A stretch of 64,000 bases of DNA, from the IMG/VR virus record IMGVR_UViG_3300020048_000013. One strand, given 5' to 3'. The notes below the pieces were generated by a model. It did not search any database. It saw only the letters and a list, made by a program, of their open reading frames with translations, and was not told where the DNA came from. Position 1 is the first letter of the stretch. Every line of letters begins with the position of its first letter. Shown here piece after piece: positions 1-9,267 of the stretch. Both the position numbers and the translations under genes were made by a program. This stretch comes from an uncultured virus (IMG/VR IMGVR_UViG_3300020048_000013). Taxonomy: Duplodnaviria; Heunggongvirae; Uroviricota; Caudoviricetes.

Positions 1-1179
1 TTCTTTTGGAACGTCTTTAACTATGGTTTCGAGAGATATATTAAACTGCATCATTTGATGAGGATAACTACTGACTAAATCGGCAATAACAACATTAAAA
101 TATCTACCAGGAGTCAATTTCTCTTTCGGAGTTACATATCCGCCGATAATTTCTCTTTCGGGATGATGTTCGTATGGCAACATTTGATTTTTATCTAATA
201 GATATGAATACAAATAACTATGCCACAAAAATTCACTGCTAAAAACATTCGACGGCAATGCTTTCATGATATTAGATAAGTTCATTATAGTTTCCATCAA
301 CTTCATTTTCTTATCTATTTTAGAAAGTAATGCAACATCCTGTATGTTATAATCTATAAATTTTTCAAAATGTTCGTCGAATAATTGCCATAAAGGATAT
401 TCACTTTTTATTTTTCCTTCTCCAAGCTCATGCATTGATACGAAATCGAGAGAATATTTATCAATTTTTTTAGCAAAATATTTATATGCTTCCATATAAT
501 CTACAATCTGTATCGTATATAATTCTTTATTATATGGATTTATATTATTATCCATCCAATCTCTGATTATATGGTTCTTATTATAATACACATTTCTCAT
601 ACGATTTAAAAGATATTTGATATCGAAATGTAGAACGTTCCAACCAGAAATAATCTGAATATTCTTCATCTGTATAATTTTAACAATCATCTCTATCAAA
701 TGCTCTTCGTTGACTGCTTCCATATAACTATGCTGTTTGCTCTTTGGAGTATAATTTTTCATGGACATTGTGTAATAATGATCTTCGACTACCGAATAAA
801 AAGTAAATGCGTTGATTGAATACATCGCTTCTTCTGGTTTCGGAAAATTGTCTTTAGTATATACCTCTATATCAAAGAACCAAACATCAGGAGTACTTAT
901 AACAGATTCTTCTTTAAAATGTTCTTTAATGAATTGATATTTTGGATCAATTACTCCACACAAATCTCTATTTGATTTTACAAATTTTTTATATTCATAA
1001 ATATTATCAAATTCTATTCTTTTAACGATATTACCATGAATGTCTGTATAATCTCCATAATCAGATAATACTCCGACAGTGGGTTTATATTTTACCCAAT
1101 TTAATTGAGTTTTTCCAGTATTTTCGTCTTTATATGAATAGTAAATTTTACCTTGTTTTTCGTAAACATTATAGTACAT
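1..1179 (-). CDS. gp43: Family B DNA polymerase, N-terminal part (exonuclease + motif A), runs off the window; gp43A-like
   Basis: Not in the ORF track; translated by hand from ATG 1179 (MYYNVYEKQGK...). Contains ExoI FFDIEV, ExoII SGWNVLHFDIKYL and motif A ADLVSSYPH. Open to position 1. Confidence 0.9.
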   Translation of the reverse strand, partial: MYYNVYEKQGKIYYSYKDENTGKTQLNWVKYKPTVGVLSDYGDYTDIHGNIVKRIEFDNIYEYKKFVKSNRDLCGVIDPKYQFIKEHFKEESVISTPDVWFFDIEVYTKDNFPKPEEAMYSINAFTFYSVVEDHYYTMSMKNYTPKSKQHSYMEAVNEEHLIEMIVKIIQMKNIQIISGWNVLHFDIKYLLNRMRNVYYNKNHIIRDWMDNNINPYNKELYTIQIVDYMEAYKYFAKKIDKYSLDFVSMHELGEGKIKSEYPLWQLFDEHFEKFIDYNIQDVALLSKIDKKMKLMETIMNLSNIMKALPSNVFSSEFLWHSYLYSYLLDKNQMLPYEHHPEREIIGGYVTPKEKLTPGRYFNVVIADLVSSYPHQMMQFNISLETIVKDVPKE

Positions 1180-1202
1180 ATTTCCCCTTTTTGATTACAT
1201 AT

Positions 1203-1231
1203 AATATAGCACATATTTTATGTTTTGTCAA
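1203..1231 (-). promoter_or_regulatory. sigma70-type early promoter
   Basis: TTGACA-N17-TATATT upstream of the polymerase N-terminal gene. Confidence 0.8.
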
Positions 1232-1239
1232 GTGTTTTT

Positions 1240-1707
1240 TTAAATATTTTTTATTTCTATGGTTATAGATTTTATAACATTTTTTGGAACAATCATAATA
1301 TCTATTACATTTTTGTCGTCAGATTTTCTATCAATACTATATCTTGATATCAAATCCATATCCAAAAAATTTTCTAAAGTATTTACACAACGTTTGGTCA
1401 TTTCTTTTCTTAATTCTGAATCATTTATCTCAAAATAAAATTTTTGAAGTTCGTTGTGTAATGATTCCTTAATTTTTAGAATTGTTCTTCTTACATTCGC
1501 TTCTTGTATGATTTTATCCACATTTATTTTAAAATCGCTTTCGATTTCATTAATACATCTTTCTAAACCACACACTGATGTTATTGTAATAAATCTCAGA
1601 TAGGATGGGATGGAACAATAATAAGTCATTATTTCCATAAAATCTGCACTTGGTCTGACTTCCAATCTCAACACTTCCCCTCTATATTCAAATCTTTTTT
1701 CTAACAT
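1240..1707 (-). CDS. Hypothetical protein; C-terminal half resembles a tail-sheath C-terminal domain
   Basis: FYFEINDSELRKEM...VIDIMIVPKNVIKSITIEI pattern, recognised by eye. Confidence 0.5.
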   Translation of the reverse strand: MLEKRFEYRGEVLRLEVRPSADFMEIMTYYCSIPSYLRFITITSVCGLERCINEIESDFKINVDKIIQEANVRRTILKIKESLHNELQKFYFEINDSELRKEMTKRCVNTLENFLDMDLISRYSIDRKSDDKNVIDIMIVPKNVIKSITIEIKNI

Positions 1708-2048
1708 TATTTTTTCTCCTTTGCTTTAGCTTCTAATACCTTCAAATATAATTCCCTATCGACCAAAATATCATTTCCACCATCTTCTTCACCTAAATAT
1801 TGGTGACAAAGCTGAGATACTGCCATATAATCAGTATCAATCAATCTGTTGTCATGGAAGTATTCAAACGCCTTTTGTAATTCTTTTTTATTTTCTTCGT
1901 CAGGAACTACAATAATAAAATCAGACCATTCTAATTCATTATCTGGAATATCCGACCATCTTTTCATATCAAAATATCTGTTATCCTTCGGTATTCTGTC
2001 GAAGGGTTTTCTTACTCTATGTCTTGTTTTCTTATATTGACCTTTCAT
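1707..2048 (-). CDS. Hypothetical protein
   Basis: 113 aa ORF, coupled to neighbours. Confidence 0.7.
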   Translation of the reverse strand: MKGQYKKTRHRVRKPFDRIPKDNRYFDMKRWSDIPDNELEWSDFIIVVPDEENKKELQKAFEYFHDNRLIDTDYMAVSQLCHQYLGEEDGGNDILVDRELYLKVLEAKAKEKK

Positions 2049-2392
2049 TTTTTCCTTTTATTATTTAATTTTTCACATTCTAAATATAATATAGATTTTT
2101 CATCATCGACTATTTCATAATCGTGATGATACTTATAACAAATATACATTTTAATTTTAGTCTCTGTATTCGTACAGCAATATAAATCTTGATTGCCAAA
2201 CATTCCTAAAAATTTACAATTTTCACAAGGATTATACCACCAATTTCTTTTACTGAATAAATGCTTAATATCTCTAAACAATATGAATTTTTCATCATAT
2301 TCTCCATTATGAATTTTTATGATTCTCGTTCCCCATAGACATATATAGAAAACTATAAAAAATATCAGCATTATTATTAGTAGTATATTCAT
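2045..2392 (-). CDS. Hypothetical membrane-anchored protein
   Basis: N-terminal hydrophobic helix, Cys cluster, ATGA overlaps. Confidence 0.65.
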   Translation of the reverse strand: MNILLIIMLIFFIVFYICLWGTRIIKIHNGEYDEKFILFRDIKHLFSKRNWWYNPCENCKFLGMFGNQDLYCCTNTETKIKMYICYKYHHDYEIVDDEKSILYLECEKLNNKRKK

Positions 2393-2571
2393 TCTTTCGG
2401 TTCCGGTTTATGTTCTATAACTTCACATGCTAATTGTTTAGCTATTTTTAACGACACTCGTCCTTCAAACATAATAAGTTCTAACACTTCGTCCATCCTC
2501 GTGCAAATCGCATCAACAGCGGGTTGATTTACAGAGAAAAGAAAGTCTTCCATTTCTTTTGATTGTTTCAT
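2389..2571 (-). CDS. Hypothetical protein
   Basis: 60 aa, tightly packed. Confidence 0.6.
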   Translation of the reverse strand: MKQSKEMEDFLFSVNQPAVDAICTRMDEVLELIMFEGRVSLKIAKQLACEVIEHKPEPKE

Positions 2572-2572
2572 T

Positions 2573-2818
2573 TTATTCCTCTTCCTTTAAATAATCGCCA
2601 ACACTGGTATTAACAACTTCATACATCGTAAAAACAATTCCTGCTACTTTTTTTATCAATCCATTCTCTATTGCTTTTTTTAGAATTAGTTCTCTTTCGT
2701 CTGATGCCATAGTTTCGTCATCTTTAATTCTGAATTTTTTAGTCATTCCCAAATGAACATGTTTCGTTGTATCAAGACTAATTCTATAATATTTTTCTGG
2801 ATTAAATCTAGTCATCAA
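2573..2818 (-). CDS. Hypothetical protein
   Basis: 81 aa, tightly packed. Confidence 0.6.
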   Translation of the reverse strand: MMTRFNPEKYYRISLDTTKHVHLGMTKKFRIKDDETMASDERELILKKAIENGLIKKVAGIVFTMYEVVNTSVGDYLKEEE

Positions 2819-3146
2819 TTTCCTTTAAATTTCCTTCTCTATCTTCTGTAAATCTTACATCTAATTCATAAAAATTTTTAGAAACTATACTTTCAAATTC
2901 CCACTCTTCTTCGATAGGATTATATAGAGCTTTAACTGTTACTCTTGTATTACCAGAAGCTATTCCATCCGACAACCATTTATGACCTTCTATATCTGTA
3001 AAATAATTTTTATTTTTTATATCTTTTAATATTCTATTTATGGTTTCATGAATCCATTGTCTGGTTTCATTATCGGATATTTCAACACTATCTTTTGTTC
3101 CGAAGTGATAATAATCTTCTGGAAATCCATTTAATTTAGTCCACAT
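2808..3146 (-). CDS. Hypothetical protein
   Basis: 112 aa, tightly packed. Confidence 0.65.
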   Translation of the reverse strand: MWTKLNGFPEDYYHFGTKDSVEISDNETRQWIHETINRILKDIKNKNYFTDIEGHKWLSDGIASGNTRVTVKALYNPIEEEWEFESIVSKNFYELDVRFTEDREGNLKEIDD

Positions 3147-3870
3147 GTTTATCCTTTTTGTGTTGATATTCTATCCAATTTTCTTTTGTTACTGTTTCTC
3201 CATCAGGTTTATTTCTTATATATTCAACAAACTTAGTCAAAGTATCTATAAAATCAAAAGTCATCCTTAGTTCGTGACCTTTATCGTCTTTATATAATAA
3301 TTCTCCTTCGGGATTATCTTCACTTAAATATATGTTTTCTATATCATCTATTTTAAAAAATCTAAAATTGCCATGATAAACTAATTTTCCAGAAAATTCC
3401 CATGCAAGTGTTGTTAATATCTTGCCTAATAAATTCTTACCCCAGTTATCTTTATTTGCTAAAGCATCAAATTTTGAAAAACCAATTCCCCACATTCTAT
3501 CTTGTGGCGAAGCTTCTACTATTAATTCGTCTTTATGAGATATTAACTCTGCATATAAATCAGGATTTTGTAAAAATTTTGCTCTTAATCCTTTTTTAAT
3601 TAACTCGTAACAAACATCATCCCACATTTCGGGATCAAAATTCTTTACTTGTCTTCCTAACGCTTTTTGTTTTCTTGGTTCTGTTTCTTTCAAAATTTTA
3701 TCAGCAGTTTCGGTATCTCCAAATGTCATCGCTTTAACATACATGAAATACTGTTCGCCACAATTAAAATCTATTCCATCAACATCAAACCAAGATGGAT
3801 GCCAATTACTAAAAGGTCCGCCCCAGAAAAAATAATATTTTTTATCCAATTCATTCTCCTTGTCTTTCAT
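3136..3870 (-). CDS. NADAR family protein with C-terminal extension
   Basis: FSNWH, EQYFMYVKA, KALGRQVKNFD, VEASPQDRMWGIG and GKNLLGKIL are typical NADAR/YbiA motifs. Confidence 0.9.
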   Translation of the reverse strand: MKDKENELDKKYYFFWGGPFSNWHPSWFDVDGIDFNCGEQYFMYVKAMTFGDTETADKILKETEPRKQKALGRQVKNFDPEMWDDVCYELIKKGLRAKFLQNPDLYAELISHKDELIVEASPQDRMWGIGFSKFDALANKDNWGKNLLGKILTTLAWEFSGKLVYHGNFRFFKIDDIENIYLSEDNPEGELLYKDDKGHELRMTFDFIDTLTKFVEYIRNKPDGETVTKENWIEYQHKKDKHVD

Positions 3871-4072
3871 ATAATTCTATAAAATCTTGAATAGCCACAT
3901 CTAAATCTTTATCATAAACAGATGTTTTTAATCTTGGGTGTTTAATCCAAAAAACTTCACCGTTTTTCATATCATCTGTGTTCAATGGCTGAATATGTAT
4001 CTCTGTCCATAATGGTAAATCGTTTATAGTTTTCAATTTAATAATACTCCTTTTCTGAAAGTTGATATACAA
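3851..4072 (-). CDS. Hypothetical protein
   Basis: 73 aa ORF; start uncertain. Confidence 0.5.
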   Translation of the reverse strand: MYINFQKRSIIKLKTINDLPLWTEIHIQPLNTDDMKNGEVFWIKHPRLKTSVYDKDLDVAIQDFIELYERQGE

Positions 4073-4262
4073 TAGTTAATGGGTCTCCTCTCAAAGGACA
4101 TTTTTCGGGCGTGTTATTATTTTGAATATTATCTTGGGTAATTATCATATTTTTATAAGGAGCTTTCTTTTCAAAATATGGGTGACGACATTCCATACCA
4201 TCCATACTATTACCAAAAAAATCACAAAATCTACAATTATCTACTGTTATCAATTTTTTCAT
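4038..4262 (-). CDS. Small Cys-rich hypothetical protein
   Basis: CxxC...C...CPL pattern common in phage ORFs. Confidence 0.65.
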   Translation of the reverse strand: MKKLITVDNCRFCDFFGNSMDGMECRHPYFEKKAPYKNMIITQDNIQNNNTPEKCPLRGDPLTIVYQLSEKEYY

Positions 4263-4717
4263 TTTCCACTGCTCCCAATTCCACCAACTCTTTCTTCGGT
4301 TGTTTCGTCTCCATCAGCAACTAAATACTTTTCAAATATTCCTTGACAAATTTTAGTACCTTTTTCCAAATGTTTGGTTATACAATCTTGGTTATATAGC
4401 GATATTCCTATATTTCCATCATTATTTTCGTTTGAATAATAATCACTATCAATAATGCCAGTTTGGTTAGCTATCACGATTCCTTGCTTAATACCAACAG
4501 AACTTCTAATATGAATTTTTAAAACTTCGTCGGGTTGCATATATGCTTTAACATCACTCCAAGTTACGATTGTAAATCCCGGTCCTATTGAAATATCTTC
4601 TTTTAAAAAGAAATCCCAACCAGCAGAATGTTTTGATCCCCTCTTTGGTAATATTGTGGGTTCGTCTTTAAATTTTTTAAATTGTTCAGATACTTCTTCA
4701 AACCCTCTATTTTTCAT
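4259..4717 (-). CDS. dut: Trimeric dUTPase
   Basis: SAGWDF, RSSVG, GIIDSDY, ICQGIF and RVGGIGSSG motifs. Confidence 0.95.
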   Translation of the reverse strand: MKNRGFEEVSEQFKKFKDEPTILPKRGSKHSAGWDFFLKEDISIGPGFTIVTWSDVKAYMQPDEVLKIHIRSSVGIKQGIVIANQTGIIDSDYYSNENNDGNIGISLYNQDCITKHLEKGTKICQGIFEKYLVADGDETTEERVGGIGSSGK

Positions 4718-4886
4718 CCTTAACTACCTCTTTGGGTTTAGATATATTGGCAAGTTGAGTTCTAAGTAAATCAGCTTCCAACATGGTTAAAAGTTGTCTA
4801 TAACTTCTTTCATTCGGGTTGTTCAAATATTGGTTAAGAAACCAATTCAATTCTTCTTTTCTATTCATTTGTACAATTTCCATTCA

Positions 4887-5342
4887 TCATCCTTCTTTTT
4901 TAATTTTATGTATTGCGCTTGTTAATATGTTACTAAGTTCTTTAGAACAATTTTTTCTAATATCAGAAATTTTAATATATTTAAAATCATCCATTTCTGG
5001 TTTCTGTCGTCCGTCTGTGTCAGTAAAATAACTTTCACAACTTAATGTTTTTATATCTATTTTGTGTTCTAATATATATCCGAACAAATATAAATCTTTG
5101 TAAGGAAGATAAGTATATTTTCCGAGATCAATCATCAAATCTTCCCATAAACAAATTCCAGATTCTTCAAAACATTCTCTAATAGCACATTCTATATGTG
5201 TTTCAAAATCTTCTTTATGTCCTTTGGGAATATTCCATCTGTTACTATTATTATTGGTGGGATGTCCTATCAAAATTTCATCTTCAAATAATATAACAAC
5301 TCCGCAACTAAGTTCTTTAGTATTGCTTTCTATATTTTTCAT
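4887..5342 (-). CDS. NUDIX hydrolase (NudE-like)
   Basis: Nudix box WNIPKG...E...CAIRECFEESG; PEMDDF. Confidence 0.9.
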   Translation of the reverse strand: MKNIESNTKELSCGVVILFEDEILIGHPTNNNSNRWNIPKGHKEDFETHIECAIRECFEESGICLWEDLMIDLGKYTYLPYKDLYLFGYILEHKIDIKTLSCESYFTDTDGRQKPEMDDFKYIKISDIRKNCSKELSNILTSAIHKIKKEG

Positions 5343-5362
5343 ACAATTCCTTTTTTAAATAT

Positions 5363-5477
5363 AAGAGTAATTCAGTAGTCTTTAAACCACGAACACCATC
5401 AGCACACAACAGCAGTGTTCCCGAATCTGAAAACTATGGGTTCTGACTTCCCAGTTGTGTTTCGGAGAATTACTCTT
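5363..5477 (-). ncRNA. Candidate structured RNA (multi-stem with pseudoknot), family unknown
   Basis: 11-bp closing inverted repeat plus four internal stems and a 7-bp crossing helix, downstream of a sigma70 promoter. Confidence 0.5.
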
Positions 5478-5509
5478 TTTTTCCTATATCAATCACTAAC
5501 GAGGATGGT

Positions 5510-5538
5510 AATATAACAAAAAAAGACTTTATTGTCAA
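5510..5538 (-). promoter_or_regulatory. sigma70-type early promoter, -35 overlapped by a hairpin
   Basis: TTGACA-N17-TATATT; AAAAGACTT/AAGTCTTTT inverted repeat. Confidence 0.8.
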
Positions 5539-5575
5539 GTCTTTTTTTATCTTTTTTACTTTTTACATATAAAAT

Positions 5576-6081
5576 TTATTTTTCCTTAAATTTGTTTAAT
5601 AAAGAGTTTGTAATATAACTAATCATCTCTATCCCAACAACACAACACAATTTAATACTCATTCCAATATGTTTTAAATAATCTTTCACAACGCATTTTT
5701 TCTTTGAACCACAATCATCTAATACCGATTTCTTTCCTGCCAACACATCAATTTCACAAACATATGCATCAATGTTATCAGTGGGGTCTTTTAAATTGTA
5801 ATTAAATGGTATCGTGCATTGTTTTTTGCCCCAATATGAACATGGAGTGTTGGCAGCCAAGAAATAANNNNNNNNNNATCTTCCGATTTTTCTATTTTAT
5901 AAACTTGTCTCGCAGTTCTATTAGAACAAGCATTTATTAAATTATCCACCGAATAATGTTTACAACTAAAACATTTTTTCAATTTGGGATTTTCGTTACA
6001 AATTGCTTCGTGATTATAACAATCCAAAGCATTAACATATTTTACTTTTTTGCAATATTGACAACAATAATATAATATCAT
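5576..6081 (-). CDS. Cys-rich hypothetical protein (two track ORFs, probably one gene split by an N gap)
   Basis: Frame of 5576..5860 stays open up to the gap at about 5868-5877. Confidence 0.55.
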
Positions 6082-6093
6082 ATCACATCCTCC

Positions 6094-6426
6094 TTAGAAA
6101 TCTATTTTCTTTTTTATTTTAGTATTTATTACCAATCCTTTTTCGGTATCTTGAATATCTAAAGGATTTTCCAATTCTTCTTCGAGTAGTTCTACTGTTA
6201 GACGATATCCAGGATAAGTATTTTTTAAAGAATCGGATATTCTCGGACACGCTTCATGCATTATTCTACCAATAGTAATTTCTACAGCATAATTTATCGC
6301 ATCAATGACACTTCTATCATCTAATTTTTCGGGTTCTATTTGTTCAATGTAATGTTCAGCAACAGATTTTATTACATCTTGCTTAAATTCGACCTGAAAT
6401 ATTTTTTTGTTAATTTTATTTTTCAT
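6094..6426 (-). CDS. Hypothetical protein
   Basis: 110 aa with AGGAG RBS. Confidence 0.7.
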   Translation of the reverse strand: MKNKINKKIFQVEFKQDVIKSVAEHYIEQIEPEKLDDRSVIDAINYAVEITIGRIMHEACPRISDSLKNTYPGYRLTVELLEEELENPLDIQDTEKGLVINTKIKKKIDF

Positions 6427-6502
6427 AAAACTCCTTTTTTATTTTTAACTTTAATGTTTTTTATTATAAATAATAATATAACAATTTCCTCCTAAACCAA
6501 TC

Positions 6503-6526
6503 AAAAAAGCCTCTCTTTAGAGGCTT
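6503..6526 (-). terminator. Intrinsic terminator after gp55
   Basis: AAGCCTCT-AAAG-AGAGGCTT followed by a T run. Confidence 0.75.
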
Positions 6527-6532
6527 AAATTT

Positions 6533-7261
6533 TTATATAAATTTGAAATTGTCTTCATCTTCATCTGATATATCCCCATCCTCTTCGTTTAATATTCTTT
6601 CGAATTCTTCGTCGGATATTTCATCATTTCTTTTCATGTTATAATCATATTTTATCATTTCATCTGTTATAAAATTTTTAACATAATTCTGTTTATCTGA
6701 TAATAGTCTTTTTTCTTTTGCTATTTCCTGTAAAAAAGCATGCCATACTGATTTAGAAAAAAACCAAAATGGATTTTTTTTAGTATTAGACCTATCGAAT
6801 TTCAATAATCCTTTTATACAATGTTCCATCGCCAACATTTTCATATCTTCCAAAAAAGGATAGTTACTATAACACGGCTTTGTTGCAAAATGATTAATAA
6901 TTTTCATTATTTTTATTCCAATATTATCATATAATCGTTTGTATATGCTTCTTTCTCGAGGATTTAATTTAATTTTTTCGTATTTTTGCTCGATTTCTAA
7001 TAACGACTCATTTAATTCATCCAACCGTTGTTTTATAATCATTTTTCTATGATTTATTTCTTCTACTTTGCTCTCGCTGGGATTTTCTATATCATCCAAC
7101 TCTCGTGATATAATAATAATTTCTTTTTTACTGTTATTCAGTTCTACAATATTATTATATAATATATTTCCCATATCTTCTCGAATTTTAAAATCTTGCC
7201 ACTGGCTCAATTCTCCAAAGAATTCGTCTTTGTCTATATAATGATTTTTTTTCATTTTCAA
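6533..7261 (-). CDS. gp55: T4-like late sigma factor with internal coiled-coil insertion (ATG start probably 7255)
   Basis: HYIDKDEF...IGIKIMKI...YSNYPFLEDM...CIKGLLKFD...NPFWFFS...AFLQEIAKEK pattern; acidic C-terminal tail. Confidence 0.85.
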   Translation of the reverse strand: MKMKKNHYIDKDEFFGELSQWQDFKIREDMGNILYNNIVELNNSKKEIIIISRELDDIENPSESKVEEINHRKMIIKQRLDELNESLLEIEQKYEKIKLNPRERSIYKRLYDNIGIKIMKIINHFATKPCYSNYPFLEDMKMLAMEHCIKGLLKFDRSNTKKNPFWFFSKSVWHAFLQEIAKEKRLLSDKQNYVKNFITDEMIKYDYNMKRNDEISDEEFERILNEEDGDISDEDEDNFKFI

Positions 7262-7311
7262 ATTACCAATAATTGAAAAACTATTGTTTATACACGTGGT
7301 ATTTCACATAT

Positions 7312-7340
7312 AATATATAGTATGTTTTTTGTTTTGTCAA
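7312..7340 (-). promoter_or_regulatory. sigma70-type promoter for gp55
   Basis: TTGACA-N17-TATATT. Confidence 0.8.
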
Positions 7341-7370
7341 GTGTTTTTTTAAATATTTTCAATAAAAATA

Positions 7371-7397
7371 AAAAAGGGAATATTTCTATTCCCTTTT
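7371..7397 (-). terminator. Intrinsic terminator after the major capsid gene
   Basis: AAAAGGGAATA-GAAA-TATTCCCTTTTT. Confidence 0.8.
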
Positions 7398-7418
7398 AAT
7401 GTTATTTTCGATTATTTA

Positions 7419-9179
7419 TTAGTTTAAACCACCGATTGAAGATCCGCTTAAATCTACAACTACAGTTCTGTAATAATACTCAGCACCGTAAAGGTTGTTT
7501 ATGATAGCATCCCTTGTAAGGAAACCATAAACATCTTGCATACTTGCAGGATCGATAGCTTTTTTAACTTGTAATGCGATATAAGGACAGTAGATTAATC
7601 CAGCATCGTATTGTGAATTTCCTTTATATCCTACAAGAGCATAGTCATGTCCGAAGATATTGTAAGTATCTACATAAACTTTCAAGTTCTGTAGCATACC
7701 AACGAAAGAAAGTCCGCTGATTAATGTTTCACCACCAGTAGCAGCAGCAGGAATAAAGTCAAGAGCTTGTAAACAAGTCAATACGTTCGGAGTAACAACA
7801 ACAAAGTTACCGCTTCCTCTTCTTGTATATAGAGCTATTTCGTTTGCTTCTTTTCTTATTTTAGTTGCCAATGTCTGGAATTTTTCTTTTTCGAAACGTC
7901 CGTCTGCCATTGCAGAAACAGCAAGTCCAGTTCCAGTAGCATCATTTTGAACAGCAACACCAACAAAATCACCGTAATTCCAAGAACCAGCATTAGTAGA
8001 AACTGTTATGATTCTTTCAAGAATATCTGCGTTAATTTCGTTAGCAACTTCAAACTCAGCTATTCTCATAAGTTCTTCGTTTACCAACATACCGTGAACG
8101 GCTTTTAAATCCTGATACATCTCGTCAGAATATTGAAGTTTCAATTTTCTTGTCTGTACATATACAGGAACTCTTTCCATTGTCATTTTAATAGTTTTCC
8201 ATTCAGGAGTTCCTTCTGGAGCACCATATACACCCATCTGTTCACCAGCTGCAGTTGTGTAACGACCTGTAAAGTTTTTAAGAACGAATCTGTAACCAAT
8301 TTCATTGTTGAAATACTGATATACTTTTGCTTCGTCTGTTGTTAATTCAGAGAAAATTTTATTAGTAGTACCTGCTTCTGAAGGATCATCTCCCAAATCT
8401 GTATATAACAAGTCTGAAAAATATACTTGATCCGTGACGGAAGGTATACCGCAATAGTATGTAGTTCCAGAAACCCAAGAATATCTATTGATCATGACTT
8501 TAACAAAATCTCTAGTTTCTTCTTTATAAACAACTTCACCTGCTAAGAAAGCGGGTTGTGTCGACATTAGTTCACTTGGATCTACATCATCACCATCTAC
8601 AGTTTTACGAATAAGCATTGTTCCGAGAGCGATATCGGCATATACTACATCAGTAGCAGCAACTCCAACATTTTTCGGGAATACAAGAACATAAGACATG
8701 TGTTTAGGTCCGTATGTATCATTATCGTTAGCTACGTTGTTCGGGTTATTAGGTCTGTCTAATACGCCTGGCTGTAACCAAGTTTTTTCTTTGTCTCCAG
8801 CATAGTGGAAACGTAATGCGTAAGCAAATCCCTGAGGAGCATTCATCGGCTGAACACCAACCAAATCAAGTGCTGACATGGATTTATAAGCTCTTCGAAT
8901 AGTAGGAACCAAAATTTTAAGGAATGGTTCTACTCCACCAGTAGTACTTACATAAGATTCCTGAAGGCTTTTGCCCATAGTATCATACTGTTCGTTTACC
9001 CAGTTGTGCTGATTTTCAATCAGCCTTGCCATAATACCCAATTCTTCTTTCATAAGTCTTGGAGCATTTTCAGCAAGTAAAAGTTTTTGCCATTTAACCA
9101 CTAATTTGTTATTATCTTCATCAAGTCTTGATGTTTCTAATTCACTTTGTGATTTAGGCGCGTTCGATTTTTTTATCAT
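7419..9179 (-). CDS. gp23: Major capsid protein
   Basis: LVGVQPMNAPQG, TRKLK, QDLKAVHG, TRRGSGN, GYKGNSQYDAGLIYCPY. Confidence 0.97.
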   Translation of the reverse strand: MIKKSNAPKSQSELETSRLDEDNNKLVVKWQKLLLAENAPRLMKEELGIMARLIENQHNWVNEQYDTMGKSLQESYVSTTGGVEPFLKILVPTIRRAYKSMSALDLVGVQPMNAPQGFAYALRFHYAGDKEKTWLQPGVLDRPNNPNNVANDNDTYGPKHMSYVLVFPKNVGVAATDVVYADIALGTMLIRKTVDGDDVDPSELMSTQPAFLAGEVVYKEETRDFVKVMINRYSWVSGTTYYCGIPSVTDQVYFSDLLYTDLGDDPSEAGTTNKIFSELTTDEAKVYQYFNNEIGYRFVLKNFTGRYTTAAGEQMGVYGAPEGTPEWKTIKMTMERVPVYVQTRKLKLQYSDEMYQDLKAVHGMLVNEELMRIAEFEVANEINADILERIITVSTNAGSWNYGDFVGVAVQNDATGTGLAVSAMADGRFEKEKFQTLATKIRKEANEIALYTRRGSGNFVVVTPNVLTCLQALDFIPAAATGGETLISGLSFVGMLQNLKVYVDTYNIFGHDYALVGYKGNSQYDAGLIYCPYIALQVKKAIDPASMQDVYGFLTRDAIINNLYGAEYYYRTVVVDLSGSSIGGLN

Positions 9180-9225
9180 TTTTACCTCGTTAGTTAATTT
9201 AACAATTATTTTGTTCTTATATAAT

Positions 9226-9233
9226 TATTTATA
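9226..9233 (-). promoter_or_regulatory. T4-type late promoter TATAAATA; also at 11641, 13248, 14526, 16738, 19829, 29380, 32103, 33304, 51627 and 60063
   Basis: Exact octamer placed just upstream of starts of mostly structural genes; gp55 is present in the window. Confidence 0.7.
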
Positions 9234-9267
9234 ATTTAAAATACCAAAGTTGTATAAAATATTTTTT

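Noticed and set aside
5363..5477. Hammerhead ribozyme or tRNA-Sec
   Set aside because: GAAA and CUGAUG are present, but stem I and the CUGANGA core are incomplete; there is no canonical anticodon stem or CCA. Kept only as an unassigned RNA.
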